Source of the DNA: Octopus sinensis
Taxonomy: Eukaryota
Direction: 5' to 3'
Length of the DNA: 64,000 nucleotides
NCBI RefSeq assembly: GCF_006345805.1
Contig: NC_042997.1
Location: 191,766,001-191,830,000 of the forward strand
The notes beneath the pieces were generated by a model. The model was not told the DNA's origin. It did no database searches and saw only the letters and a list, made by a program, of their open reading frames with translations. The translations under genes were made by a program, and so were the position numbers. Positions 1 to 13,135 of this stretch are shown here, one piece after another (position 1 is the first letter of the stretch; the number at the start of each line of letters is the position of its first letter).

Positions 1-98
1 TCTGTTATCATGCCCTCCGCGGTAACCACGCCTTCCACCACGACGATTTCGCTCATTTAAAAATTGATCAATTTGTGCTTGTTGTTCTTCACTTATCT
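1..98 (-). CDS. RBM33: RBM33-like coding exon, runs off the window (EISEEQQAQIDQFLNERNRRGGRRGYRGGHDNR...)
   Basis: ctaattcag| acceptor at 99; phase 1 joins the previous exon (G+AG=E); parallels ELSAEAKAALLEFEERERQ; RGG-rich. Confidence 0.85.
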
Positions 99-208
99 CT
101 GAATTAGTGTGAAAAGAAAATCATTAGATTATTAGAATTTTGATGATTAACGTGGAATGATTGTGAAAATACATTTATATACGTCTTACAAAGAATCATT
201 AACTAAAA

Positions 209-642
209 TACTCTTACTCTTTACTCTTTTACTTGTTTCAGTCATTTGACTGCGGCCATGCTGGAGCACCGCCTTTAGTCGAGCAAATCGACCCAAGAAC
301 TTATTCTTTGTAAGCCCGGGACTTATTCTTTGTAAGCCCAGTACTTATTCTATCGGTCTCTTTTTGCCGAACCGCTAAGTGACGGGGACGTAAACACACC
401 AGCATTGGTTGTCAAGCAATGCTAGGGGGAAAAACACAGACACACAAACACACACATATATATACATATACATATATACGACAGGCTTCTTTCAGTTTCC
501 GTCTTCCAAATCCACTCACAAGGCATTGGTCGGCTCGGGGCTATAGCAGAAGACACTTGCCCAAGATGCCACACAGTGGGACTGAACCCGGAACCATGTG
601 GTTGGTTAGCAAGCTACTTACCACACAGCCACTCCTGCGCCT
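209..642 (-). mobile_element. tRNA-derived SINE family A (octopus OK/OR-type), full length
   Basis: Head aggcgcaggagtggctgtgtggtaag with B box ggttcagtccc, internal (TA)(CA) tract, (AGTAAAAG)n tail. Confidence 0.9.
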
Positions 643-861
643 AAAATATCTAAGTTAATTATATATTTCTTAAGATTTTAAAATAAAATAAAAAATAGCA
701 AAGGATAAACATGGATGTTTGGATCAAGCCTGAAATCTTACAGAAGCAAAAACAGAAATTGTAAAGCAAAACGTTTATAATACAACTTAAACACTAGAAA
801 TGCTCTATATTATCTACTTTACTGTACCTACCGTTTACAAATTGGTCACATAAAAGGCAGC

Positions 862-1397
862 CAGTGGTCGCCTGACTGGCACTCGTGCTGGTGGCATGTA
901 AAAAGCAATGTTCAAGTAAGGCCAATGGCAATGCTGTCCGACTCACACCCGTGCTGGTGGCAGGTAAAAAGCATCATTCAAGCATAGTTGATGCCAGTGC
1001 TACCTGACTGGCACATAAAAAGCACCATTCGAATGTGGTTGATGCTAGTGCTACCTGACTGGCTCCCATGCTGGTGACACATAAAAAGCACCATTCGAGT
1101 GTGTTGATGCCAGTGCTGCCTGACTGGCTCCTGTGCTGGTGACATGTAAAAAGCACCATTCAAGTGTGACTGATGCCAGTGCTGCCTGACTGGCAAGTAA
1201 AAAGCACTATTTGTGGTTGATGCCAGTGACACCTGACTGGCTCCTGTGTTGGCGGCACATAAAAAGCACCCACTAAACTCTCAGAGTGGTTGGTGTTTGG
1301 AATGGCATCTAGCTGCAGAAACCTTGTCAGTTCAAACTGGAGCCTGGTGCAGCCTCCTGGCTTGCCAGTCCTCAGTCAAACTGTCCAACCTATGATG
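862..1397 (+). mobile_element. SINE family C (Ceph-domain-like, RTE-type (GAT)n tail) with an internal array of about 60-bp units
   Basis: Repeated tggcacataaaaagcacc units, then gagtggttgg..ggcatc.agctg and the tail; relatives at 3217-3745(-), 4480-4745(-), 8420-8883(+), 15815-15981(+), 24010-24256(+), 35880-36441(+), 45255-45538(+), 59510-60005(-). Confidence 0.8.
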
Positions 1398-2491
1398 ATG
1401 CTGGGGATTATAGGAAATTGCAGAGTTTATGTCACCCCCCACCACCACCACCACCAGACCGTCCACGAAAGAGGCTCAGAATTGGGCATGATTTGTCCTG
1501 CCAATTTACAAGTTTAAATGTATAGCATGTCAGTTTTGACAGTGATTGGCAGTGCATGACTTAATGGTTAAGGTGTTGGAGTCGTGATCAGTAAGATTGT
1601 GGTTTCAATTCCTGGACTGGGTGATGTGTTATTCTTGAGCAAAACATTTCATTTCACATTACTTCAGCCCACTCAGTTGGCAAAGATAAGTAACCATGTG
1701 ACTGACTGTCCAGAAGGAAGTATTTATGCCAGAGAATCTGCGAAAAGGTCCTATGTGTCTATGACTTGAGAAGGTGCTTTATCCCTTTTTTGACAGTATG
1801 CCAGATATTCAATCGACTGAACTTGCTACTCAGTGGTGGCTGAGTATTCCACAGACACTTGTACATGTAACATAATTCTCAGGCAGAACCAGCTTTACAG
1901 CTAATGAACATCCAACTGGCTTCTACAATTTCTGCCTACTCAATGTCCATCCTAAAACTTGGACTGACTTGAATGTTATGGTAGAAGACACTTGCCCTAG
2001 ATGCCATGCACTGGGATGGAACCCCAGATCTCATGATCATGTGGCTAACATTTTAACTATTCAAGAAATCTTTTGTTTCACTTGTTTCAGTCATTTGACT
2101 GTGACCAATTTGTAAATGGCTGGGGCACCGTGTTGAAGGGTTTGGTTGAACAAATCAAGCCCTGTGTTTATTCTTAAGCCTGGTACTTGTCTCATTTATC
2201 TCTTTTGCCAAGCCACTATGTTATAGGGACATAAACAATCCAAGTCATCAAACAGTGATGGGGAACAAACAATGGACACACAGACACACACAGATAATAG
2301 TTTTCCACAAATTCATTCACAAGGCATTAGTTAGTCTGGGGTTATAGTAGAAGACGCTTGCCTGAGTTGCCACACAATAGGACCGAACCTGAAACCACAT
2401 GGTTACAAAATGAGCTTATGTGCCACACAGCCATGCCAGCAGAATTATGATAACCAACATAAGTTTACAGAAAAAAAATTTTTTAAATTAC

Positions 2492-2636
2492 CCAATGTAT
2501 CTGGAATGTCTGTCCTTGTTTTAGGCTTAGTAGTTGCAATAGAGATAATGTTAGAGCGTTCGCTGATGAAACGGCCTCGTCCTTTCTCCTCGTCTTCACT
2601 CTCACTGCTCTCCTCAAAGCCTTTAATAGTTTTGTC
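2492..2636 (-). CDS. RBM33: RBM33-like coding exon (DKTIKGFEESSESEDEEKGRGRFISERSNIISIATTKPKTRTDIPDTL+G)
   Basis: gttacag| acceptor, TGG|gtaatt donor, 145 nt; closely resembles EESDEEEEDDEESGRLRFKTERKEGTII...RRNIPETL of human RBM33. Confidence 0.9.
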
Positions 2637-3750
2637 CTGTAACAAACGAAATTTACATAAAACGTTAACAATATTTTCACATTTGATGGTGCAGTTCAGA
2701 AATAATTTTATTTAAATATTTCTTGCTTAAATCTTCTAGTATAGAAAAAAACCACCCCTAGAATTCCACAGCCCACTTCTACTTTAATAACAAAGCCATA
2801 AGTTCAAGTGGCTGTTTCCTCTATTGTTATGTATACCATTTCAACTTGATCCCAAGCATATATATAGGGGAAAAGTAAAAAGAAACAAAGAAAATGCACA
2901 CTTTATATAAAAACCAAGATATATACATACAAATAAATGATCTGAGGTGGAATTAAGAAGTATAAAAGTCATTATTATGAGTCAACATAGAAAGTCATAC
3001 TGGTTTCGTCATTGCTGTTCACTGACTGTTGATTCAAAGTCAGTGAAGAGTGATGATGAAACCAGTATGGCTTTCTATATTGAACCATAATACTTTTATA
3101 CCTAGAATGCATTTACTTTGTTTCTTTTTACTTTACCCCTATTTATACCACATGTAGTCTTTTTTCTTTGAAACCTGTATCCATCACAAACACACACACA
3201 CATATATATATATATATCATCATCATCATTTAGCGTCCGTTTTCCATGCTAGCATGGGTTGGACGGTTCTACTGGGGTCTGTGAAGCCAGAAGGCTTCAT
3301 CAGGCCCAGTCAAATCTGGCAGTGTTTCTACGGCTGGATGCCCTTCCTAACGCCAACCACTCCATGAGTGTAGTGGGTGCTTTTTACGTGCCACCCGCAC
3401 TAGTGCCAGACAGAGCTGGCAAACGGCCACGAACGGATGGTGCTTTTTATGTGCCACCGGCACGAGGGCCAGGCGAGGCTGGCAACGGACACGAAACGGG
3501 GCGGTGCTGGCAACGGTCGCGAAACGGAAAGTTCTCTTACATGCCACCGGCACTGGTAACACATCTGCAATTTCCATTGATCGATTTCGATTCTGATCCT
3601 CACTTGCCTCAATGGGTCTTCACAAGCAGAGTTTCGACATGCCACCGGCACTGGTAGCACATCCGCAATTTCCATTGATCGATTTCGATTCTGATCCTCA
3701 CTTGCCTCAACACGTCTTCACAAGTAGAGTTTTGTGTCCCAAGAAGGGAA

Positions 3751-3787
<37 letters not shown>

Positions 3788-4818
3788 TATATGTGTTAAA
3801 TTCTTCAGTTCTCTCTACAGATGTTGCAGATTCATGACTGGTATTAGTTGATTCATTTATTACTTGTGTCATATAAACTAAACTCAGTGACAGAATGAAT
3901 TTATATCATAGCATCAACACACACACACACACACACATATTGCAAGTAGCATTAAAAAGTTATCTAGGAATGATTATGATTATGTTACAAAGAAACAACT
4001 AAGTAAAAATAGCCATTATATTCCCATTTCAGAAAAAGTATGGGAGAGAACTCTGGACATATTTGGTTTTATGACTATCAGTGAAGCAAAGATTTCAAAG
4101 TACATGACAAGTATAAAAAAAAAAAAAATCAAAAGCCCCCCCCCCCCACACACACAATGGTTGCCACTACTTCCAAGCAGTTAAGATTTGGTAGCATATG
4201 CTGTGCTTTTGATAGTTGTTTAAGGTGCCTATACAATCGTGAGCAAACAAAGACACACTCTTAGCCCTCAGGTTGTGAAAGACAGGAGATTAGGTTTACA
4301 TTAGCATTCGGTTGTTACTCATTTCAGCTGAGTAAATTGGAATGACATGAAACAAAGTGCCTTACTCGAGGATATAGCATGTTGCCCAGTACTAGAATTG
4401 AACTCATAACCTGATGATTATGAGCTCAACAACCTTAACAGAAGGCCACATGGTTTGATTTATTATTAAAGTACTGATGGGTCAGGCGGTACTGGCAATG
4501 GCAACGCTCAAATGGTGTTTTTTACGTGCCACCTGCACAGGAGCCAGTCCAGTGACAATGGCAATGACCTCGCTCGGATGCTTTTTCACATGCCAGTAAG
4601 GCGACGCTGGTAACGATCACGCTCGAATTGTGCTTTTTATGTGCCACCGGCACGGAAGCCAGTTAGCCGCTCTGGCAACGATCACGCTTGGATGGTGCTC
4701 TTAGTGCTCCACTGGCATGGATGCCAGTCATCGAATTTGATTTCGATTTACTACTAAACAGTATTAAAGATTAATTCCTAGCAGCGAAAGGTAAAAGTAT
4801 ATAAAAAAAATTACATAC

Positions 4819-4947
4819 CTCGTAGTCTTCTTCTTGGCTTTGGAATGATTCATAATCATTAACAGGATGGTTATAGCTTTCAGTACCTAATTCACTGATT
4901 GATTGTCCACTGATGTTCGAAGCAGCAAAATGTTCAGCATTTCCATC
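4819..4947 (-). CDS. RBM33: RBM33-like coding exon (DGNAEHFAAS...FQSQEEDYE)
   Basis: ctacacag| acceptor, GAG|gtatgt donor, 129 nt, phase 0 to 0, no stops. Confidence 0.85.
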
Positions 4948-5204
4948 CTGTGTAGTGAGAAATAGGTTTCATAATTCATGTTATAATATTCAAGTTTAGA
5001 TTAATCTATTTACCTCAGGAGCAGGCTGAGCTGTTGGTCAATCAGACTCTGCCCTAGGGCCTGGAGCTCCGAGGAGCCTGCACTCTACATGTTAACTCTA
5101 CTAAAACACACATTCAAAGGGGTCCGATAAACAGTTATGCCTGAGAGCCCTTAATACTCTCTGTCTACCCCTGATTTATCTCAATAGCTAAGAACAGTTT
5201 AGAG

Positions 5205-5492
5205 CAATGCTTCACAACCATTTTTAGCCTAGGGACCTCTTTGATTATTATATTATTCTGGTGGGTCCCCATTAAAATCTAGTTTCACAAACACTTCTTT
5301 CAAAATCCCTATTTTTGTTTATCATCCATTCCCTTGTGTAAGTTGAACTACATAAAATGTTAGAGAAAGAAACCTAGCTGTTTCTTGCAATAAATACATC
5401 TAAAGCAAAACGTTTCCATGGACCCTAAAATATTACTGCAGATCCTCATTTACTATTTTGCTTGCGTGAACCTCCAGGGTTGAGAACCACTG
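5205..5492. mobile_element. hAT-type MITE
   Basis: TIRs caatgcttcacaacc / ggttgagaaccactg; 8-bp TSD gtttagag/gtttagaa. Confidence 0.75.
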
Positions 5493-5889
5493 GTTTAGAA
5501 TAAGAAAATTACTCTGGCTTAATGTGACATTATGAAATCCTGGTCATTACTGTCTTCAGTTGTAGAACTCATAGAGCTGGTTACCCAGTTTCCATGACAG
5601 ATTTCCATGACTGAGATCCCAACATTCTCCCTGAACAAGGACACCAATCAGTCATAGAGTTATTCATTTACAGCCGAATGGACTGGAGCAAAGTGAAATG
5701 AAGTGTCATGCTCAAGAACACAACACACCACCTGGTCCAAGAATTGAAACTAGAATCTTGTGATTGAGAGTAAAATACCTTAGCCACAAAGCCATGTGCC
5801 TTCACTTAATATAAGACCAAGAAAAAAACTAAGAGAATGACAAAGTATTCATTCTTACATTGGAATAAACATCAAGATGATTGATATTC

Positions 5890-6272
5890 TTTCTTTTTAT
5901 TCTTTTATTTGTTTCAGTCATTTGACTGCGGCCATGCTGGAGCACAGCCTTTAGTCGAGCAAATCGATCCCAGGACTTATTCTTTGTAAGCCTAGTACTT
6001 ATTCTATCAGTTTCTCTTGCTGAACTGCTAAGTTATGGGGACGTAAACATACCAGCATCAGTTGTCAAGCGATGTTGGGGGGACAAATATAGACACACAA
6101 ACATACATATACATATATACGACGGGCTTCTTTCAGTTTCCATCTACCAAATCCACTCATAAGGCTTTGGTCGGCCCGAGGCTATAGTAGAAGACACTTG
6201 CCCAAGGTGCCATGCAGTGGGACTGAACCTGGAACCATGTGGTTGGTAAGCAAGCTACTTACCACACAGCCA
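5890..6272 (-). mobile_element. SINE family A
   Basis: Collinear with 209-642. Confidence 0.9.
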
Positions 6273-6799
6273 CCAAAAATTTCAAATAAAGCAAAAATTA
6301 CTTCATAAGAATACAAGTTGTAAGCTAGTCAAAGCTTCATCAATTGCCATTTATTCATTCCAATTCCACCTCTATTTGATCTCACAACCTGCTGGATATA
6401 GCAGCCAATCTCCTACAAATCCCATCCTACCACTTTACAAAAAAGACAGGACAAATGAACAATGCTGTCTTAGATAACACTGTATCTGAAAAGATGAGAT
6501 GAACACAGAGGTAATGCCATCAATTAAAGGTTTGCTTGATCAAGGTTGACCTGTGGCTACAACACCAACTTAACTTTTTATCATGAGCTAAGAGAGTGAA
6601 AGAAATGCTTATACTAAATAGAGCAACAGCAGCAAAAAGAAAGAAAAGGAAAAGAGAGGTCCACATTGTGTTCAGAATAATAATTAAAGTATAATTTCAT
6701 AGTATTGTCTTTATAGTAACATCAACATAAGTGAAGACAATTATTTCATTTTTGGAAACACTTTACAAATGCTGAAATAAATAAAAACTAATGACTCAC

Positions 6800-6899
6800 C
6801 TCTGTAAGGTTCCCTTGTCCAGTCTCAAAGCCATCTAACTCAGAAGGATCAGCAACTTCAATGACATCTTCACCCTCAAAATCAGCATCAGAAGGAACT
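6800..6899 (-). CDS. RBM33: RBM33-like coding exon (A+VPSDADFEGEDVIEVADPSELDGFETGQGNLTE)
   Basis: aattttag| acceptor, GAG|gtgagt donor, 100 nt, phase 2 to 0; EDVIEVADPSELDGF resembles DEVLDIEINEPLDEF. The hydrophobic front of the supplied ORF 6788-7051 is intronic. Confidence 0.87.
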
Positions 6900-9233
6900 C
6901 TAAAATTAGGGTTAGAAATATAATTGCTTTTTTTTGGCAATGGTTCTTTATGAATTTCATACCAGTAAAACCAATACAGAAAAATAAAAAAAAAAAAAAC
7001 CAGACTGATGATGAAGATCACTATCATCACCATTTTATGTTTATCTTCCATGCTGGCATGGTTTGGACAGTTTGACAGGAGCTGGTAAGTCTGGGGACTG
7101 AGCCAAGGTTTGCTTGATCAGGGTTGACCTGTGGCTACAACATCAACTTAGTTCTACTAAGTCTTGATTATCATCTGGTAACAAATAAAAGCAGTTCTAC
7201 TTGGTCTGAAAAATTCCTCTAGTCTTTTTCTAACCTCTAACTTTTGATGGAGGTTAAGTAGGGCTCTTGATTCCTTAATACATAAATACTACCAATGAAA
7301 AACATCACTGCAGGCACTTAGAACATCATCAAAAGAGACAGTAGGCCTCCTCACATCATCATTATTTCAAGTGTGCTTTTCCATGCTTGCATGGGTCATA
7401 CAAGATTCGTTGAGATAGACTTTCTACAGAAGGATGCCTTTCCTGTTTTAAACCCTCACTTGTCTCCAAGCAAGGTAATGTTTTCTCATGCCCTGTTTTT
7501 CACAGAAGACTGGAAATGAACATTGACTGTACAATGATGATGCTTATTTACAACTATCAAGTGATGTCAAGACAAAGGTATGCATGGATATGCATGAACA
7601 CATACACACACACAGATGTGTATACAACAGGCTTCTTTCAGTTTCCATCATCCAGATTCACTCACAAAGCTTTGGTTGGTCTGGAGCTATAGTAGAAAAC
7701 ATTTGTCCAAGGTACCATGCAGTGGGACTGAATCCAAGATTACATGGTTGGGAATCAGCAGTTTAAGGGTTTTATGAGAAGAGATCAAGATTTTGATGAT
7801 AATGAAATTTTCTAATTACACACATGCACCAAAATAAATAAACAAACAATAATCTTGCAACTGGGTGCTTGAGTGAGTAAAACTGCTAACATATAGCCAT
7901 ATTAAAATTATACTAAAACAATGACTGAAGTCACTAAATGAAATAACAAACAATGATTTCTTGGACACAAGTCAACATTTTGGAAGGGGCATATTCAATT
8001 ATTTCAACTCCAGAAACTGACTGGTATTTATTTACAATTCCAGAAAGATGAAAGTCCAAGTTGTTCTGGTGGGATTTGAACTCAACTTAATTAAATACTT
8101 GTGAAGCTTTTGTTCGACATTCTACTGATTTTGCCATTGAAAAAAAATTGTTTAACCTATGAAATGCAAAAATTCATTTAATGAAATTAGGCTAATAGGG
8201 TAATTTCATCAAGTTTATTTTTAACACAGATATATCTAAATATATTTTTATATGACAATTTTATATGAGAGTTGAAGATAGTCAAGAGCATTCAACAATA
8301 TTTAGTTCACATACTAAATTTGTAATCAAATATCTTTGGTCAAGGTCATTTAACTAGAATGAAACGATACACTAGCACAATGTAGTGTGTGAAAATATTG
8401 TGTAATTGACAAGTATTTTGTAAGTTTGCAATTGGCTTGCAGGACGGCCTGCTGTGCTAACCTTGGATTGTAGAGTGACCCGCTTTTCTTGAGGAGACCT
8501 ATTGAGTCAAGTACGTCAACACCAACATCAAAATGAAAATCAAATGGAAATTGTAGTTGAGATACCCGTACCGGTGACACATAAAAAGCACCGTCCGAAC
8601 GTGGCAGATGCCAGCGCCGCCTCGACTGGCGTCTGTGTCGGTGACACGTAAAAGCATCAACCGTTCATGGCCGTTTGCTAGCCTACCCTGGCCCCTGTGC
8701 TGGTGGCATGTAAAAAGCTCCCACTACACTCATGGAGTGGTTGGCGTTAGGAAGGGCATCCAGCTGTAGAAACACTACCAGATCGGACTGGAGCCTGGTG
8801 CAGCCTCCTGGCCTCCCAGACCCCGGTTGAACCATCCAACCCATGCTAGCATGGAAAACGGATGTTAAACGATGATGATGATTAAATCTTTCCATGAGTA
8901 AAAACCTATATCAAGGGTGGCGACTATCTAACTAGGATACAAACTCATGATTCACCAGCTGAATAGTTAATTTAATCACTTGATAACAACATTACTATCA
9001 ACATTGTTCTAATATCTACCTTTTCATGCTTACATGGGTTGGAAGAAGGCAGATTTTCTACAGCTGGATGCCTTACCTGTTGCCAATCCTCAACTGTTTC
9101 CAAGCCAGGGAATATTTTCAGCTAGCTAGGCATGTTTTTTTACAGAAGACTGGAAATGAACAAACACACTTGTATGATGATGACACTCACTCACAACCAT
9201 CCATATCTAGACAAGAGTACACACAAATACACT

Positions 9234-10150
9234 TTGGGTCATCCCATAAAGAATGTGTTTTTTTTTTTCAACTGCATGAACTAAAAGTCAGAGAAGGATG
9301 GGATAAACTACCTGCATCAACTTGTATTAAAAGCAGGTAAAAATTTTAACTTGTCCTTATTCTTAGTGCAAGTTTTGAAGAGTGCAGTTTGATTTTAACA
9401 TATAGTTTTTTAAAGTTATAATGGAAGTAACAAAGGAGCATATTTGGTATGTTTTGCTTTGTGAGTTTAATAAAGGCAACAACACAATGGAAAGTGCAAG
9501 GAATATTAATGCAGCATATGGGGATCGAACAATAAGCATAAGCCAGTGTCAACAGTGGTTCCAGAAATTCCGAGCTGAAAACTACAGCCTAGAAGACGAG
9601 CCTCATCTTGGAAGATCTGTATAGCTTGACAAGGACATTGTGCAAACCCTTGTGGAACAAAATCCCATTGTAACTGTTAAGGAACTAGCAGAGAAGCATG
9701 GATTTAGTCATTCAAGTCAGCGCTAGAAGAAAAACGACCATCTTCAGTTTCAAGACAAAACGTGTTCTTCCATCAGGATAATCTTGGTCACATACAGCGA
9801 GAATGATATTCCAAAGGCTGGAACAGTTTGAATGGGAAACGATGCTACACCCACCATATTCTCCAGACATTGCCCCATCTGATTATCATTTATTCCACAG
9901 TCTTCAAAATCATTTGGATGGCAAAAGTATGAATTCTGTAGACGAAGTCAGAACAGTTCTTGAAGAGTATTTTTTTGTCATGGACAAGTGAATTTTGGAA
10001 GAGGGGCCTTGCAAGTCTACCAGATAGATAGAAGAACATTGTAGAAAATGAAGGAGAGTATATTTTCGATTAAAAAAAGAACTTTGTTTATCTTAGTTTT
10101 GAAAAATAAAAGAAGTATAAAAAAACCGCATTATTTATGGGATGACCCAA
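9234..10150 (+). mobile_element. Internally deleted mariner transposon (defective transposase)
   Basis: TIRs ttgggtcatcccataaa / tttatgggatgacccaa+TA; N-terminal HTH (ORF 9421-9624), HQDN and HPPYSPDIAPSDYHLF motifs; stops, and the first catalytic-Asp region is missing. Confidence 0.9.
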
Positions 10151-10736
10151 TATACATCAAAATCAACATGCAAATATATTTATTTATTTATTTGTAGAGG
10201 GGACAAACAAGGACAGACAAAGGGATTAAGCTGATTAGATCGACCCCAGTGTGTAACTGGTACTCAATTTATTGACTCAAAAGGATGAAAGGCAAAGTCG
10301 ACCTCGGTGGAATTTGAACTCGGAACATAACGGCAGACAAAATACTGCTAAGCATTTCGCCTGGCGGGCTAACGTTTCTGCCAGCTTGCTGCTTTATGCT
10401 TTCTTACGTTGGCATAAGGCTTACACATTTTGGGAGAGAGCTACAGTAAATGAAATCAACTCAGTATTTGGCTGGTATTTATTTTGTTGATGCCTGACAG
10501 ATGAAAGGCAAAGTTGACCTTGGCATGATCTGAATTCAGAATGTAAAGGAATGTAACTATACACTGAAAGGTATAACTATACACCGATGCTCTTCTGATT
10601 CTGCCAAATCAACACTCTGCAACATGAAATTTAAAATCATTTCCCACAGTCATCACTGTTTTTCATATTTGCATCAGTAACACAGTATAGGTTGCAATGT
10701 GTCTGCCAAGAAAGTCTGAGGCTTATGAATACTTAC

Positions 10737-10939
10737 TCTAACAGCTCATATTCTTCCATTTCAAGTTCATCTCTTCTTTTTAGATGGCTCTGATATGAAG
10801 TCTGTGATGGGATACCAGCAGCATTAGTAGATGGAATCTTCTCAGCTTTAACAGTGGATTCTTTAGTAGTTTCACTGTACTCGTTATCACTACCAAGTAA
10901 AGCATCTTCGTCAAGTTCTTCATCAGACTCCTCTTTTTC
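10737..10939 (-). CDS. RBM33: RBM33-like coding exon (EKEESDEELDEDALLGSDNE...EMEEYELL+GA)
   Basis: ttcttcctag| acceptor, AGA|gtaagt donor, 203 nt open, phase 0 to 2; SDEELDEDALLGSDNE resembles SDEELNDDLLQSDNE. Confidence 0.9.
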
Positions 10940-11454
10940 CTAGGAAGAAATATTCACAAGTTCAAATTCAGACATAAATTATCAAAATACAAATTTAATT
11001 GCAATATTAAAGTTTCTCTTGAAAGTCAAGTATTTTATCAGCATACTGATGATTAAAATTATAATTACCACAAAATTTAGAGTTTTTAAAACCATTCTTT
11101 AGGTCTTTTCAGTGACTTCTATTTTTCCACTAATTCTCGTATTGATTTCATGAAATGATAATTTACCGAGAGTGATTACTTTCTTTCAATGCCTGCAAAT
11201 CTGGGCTCAGCATAGGTTAAACAATTCTTTAAATTTAGACAAATCTTGAATATTTTAACTTATTTTTTCTTTGTAAATTAACATCAAATATCTTAGTAAA
11301 TTAAAACATGGTTTATTTAGTTTTATGTCTCAATTTATGTTGATTAAACAAATTTGTCCAGTAATTCTTGACAGCACAATACTTATACTAGAATGCAGAA
11401 GAGAACATTGTATACAAAGATCAAATAATGTTAAAGATCCTTATGGTTGGCAGC

Positions 11455-12400
11455 TGTCATCATCATCATTTAATGTCCGTTGTCCATGCTGGCATGGGTT
11501 GGACGGTTTGACCAGGACTAGCAAGCTGGAAAGCTGCACCACACTCCAGTCTGATTTGGCATGGTTTCTATGGCAGGATACCCTTCCTAACGCCAACCAC
11601 TCCAAGAACATAATGGATGTTTTTTACATGCCACTGGCATGGGTGCCATTTGTGTAACATCAGTATTTGCCACAACTGCAGTTTTACTTGGCTTGATGGG
11701 TTTTCTCAATCACAACATAGTGCCAAAAGTCTTGGTCATTCATCAATGCCTCCATGTGGAGCAACATTCAAAAGGTGACTTTCACATGCCACTGGCATTG
11801 GCCACTTTGCCTCCATGAGACCCAAAGCTCAAAAGGTGCCTTTTACGTGCCAGTTATGTGACACCAGCATTGGCCACGACTATGATTTCACTTGGCTTGA
11901 CGAGTGTTCTCAAGCACAGCATATCGCGAAAAGGTCTCAATCACCAGTCATTGCCTCTACCACCTCATCCATGTCTTCCTGGATCTACCTCTACCATAGG
12001 TTCCTTCCACAGAGATCGACACTTCATTACAGAACTGTTTTCGTCCATACGCATCACACAACCATACCAGTGCAGTTGTCTCTCTTGCACACCACATCTG
12101 ATGCCCCTTAAGTCAAACTTCTCTCTCAAGATGCTTACACTATGTCCAACATGCACACTGACATTGTACATCCAGTGAAGCATACTGGCTTCATTTCTTT
12201 CAAGCCTACACATGTCCTCAGCTGTCACAGCCCATGTTTCACTGGTGTGTAACATAGTTGTTCGCACACAGGCATCATACAATCTGCCTTTCACTCTGGT
12301 GGAGAGGCCCTTTGTTGCCAACAGAAATAGAAGCTCTCTGAACTTTGTCCAGCTGATTCCTATTCTCATAGCTACACTCATGGAGCATCCACCTCTGCTA
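11455..12400 (-). mobile_element. RTE-clade LINE 3' fragment with (GAT)n tail
   Basis: KGRLYDACVRTTMLHTSETW...RQLHWYGCVMRM (ORF 11965-12381); the 3' end is shared with the (GAT)n-tailed SINEs. Confidence 0.85.
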
Positions 12401-12723
12401 CTAACTTGGCTACTAGTTCTGGTAGGATTCAGCTATAAGAACAAGGTCATCAGCATAGAGGAGCTCCCAGGATATATGAGACAATTTTTTTGGATAAATT
12501 TATAATGAAATATCTTCTAAAAAGTAAGAAATTGTGTTTTGTACATGATCAAGGAAGAAACCATGAAGTGGGGCCTCAGAATGTGGAACCTCAAAGAGAC
12601 AATGAAAATTCAAAGGTGAAAAGGTTTATGCTGTGTAGAATATCATCACTCACTGTGACATTTTATTATGGGATAATTGGAACTTAAGAAGGTGATAATG
12701 ATTAAAAATAGAATAATAATTAC

Positions 12724-12781
12724 CTTAGAACTTTGAAATGCACTTATACCCAAGATGTCATCGTGTAATAGATCTTCATCA
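12724..12781 (-). CDS. RBM33: RBM33-like coding exon (T+DEDLLHDDILGISAFQSSK)
   Basis: tatattcag| acceptor, AAG|gtaatt donor, 58 nt, phase 2 to 0; resembles EDDLLGEDLLS of RBM33. Confidence 0.85.
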
Positions 12782-12928
12782 CTGAATATAAAAAAAGAAA
12801 GAAAACAAAAGGTTCATCATTAACTGTTGCCATCTTCCTATTTCATAATTATATCTGCTGTCTTTATTTAAGTTTATTAGTATATATGTGAGCAGTTGAA
12901 AAGTTGTCAGATAGATGTTGTATATATA

Positions 12929-13135
12929 GGGAAAGTTTACGAAAAAAACAAAAGATGAAGACAGGTGGTGTACAAAACAAACAGATGTATTAGTATAACG
13001 CTCAGGAATAGAAAAAGTATTTTATGTTTCGAGCCTACGCTCTTCTGCAGAAAGGTACACAGAAAAAACAAGGAGAGAAAAAAATGTGTGTAGTGGCTAA
13101 CGATCTATCATGGCGACTAGTGCCGGACATGGAGT
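12929..13135 (-). mobile_element. Hammerhead-bearing repeat family 1 (Penelope-like terminus), ending at (TA)n
   Basis: Homologous to 22535-22630 (truncated), 25429-25584 and 63640-63830. Confidence 0.6.
13019..13054 (-). ncRNA. Degenerate hammerhead-like motif of the same family as 25518 and 63706
   Basis: CTTT-CTGCAGA-A-GAGC(GTAG)GCTC-GAA-ACAT-A-AAAT; the palindrome and helix I are mutated. Confidence 0.4.

Noticed and set aside
419-658. Recurrent MLGG.TQTHKH...RLPNPLTR ORFs (also 23163, 34315, 55639, 60995, 61563)
   Set aside because: They are antisense translations of SINE family A, not a gene family
862-1270. CRISPR-like repeat/spacer appearance (tggcacataaaaagcacc recurring)
   Set aside because: The intervening sequences are homologous to each other, the context is eukaryotic with no cas genes, and the array is internal to a SINE family
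5015-5100. Strong minus-strand donor CCTGAG|gtaaat as an extra RBM33 exon
   Set aside because: The phase-0 frame contains TGA and the open frame is phase-incompatible with the flanking exons; probably a transposon remnant
6900-7051. Apparent transmembrane N-terminus of ORF 6788-7051
   Set aside because: It is intronic poly-T and SINE sequence; the real exon starts at the acceptor at 6899
12782-12833. ATG (MATVNDEPF...) just upstream of the 12781 exon as the RBM33 start
   Set aside because: It is out of frame with the exon and crosses the polypyrimidine tract; the 20203 exon restores the conserved WDS motif
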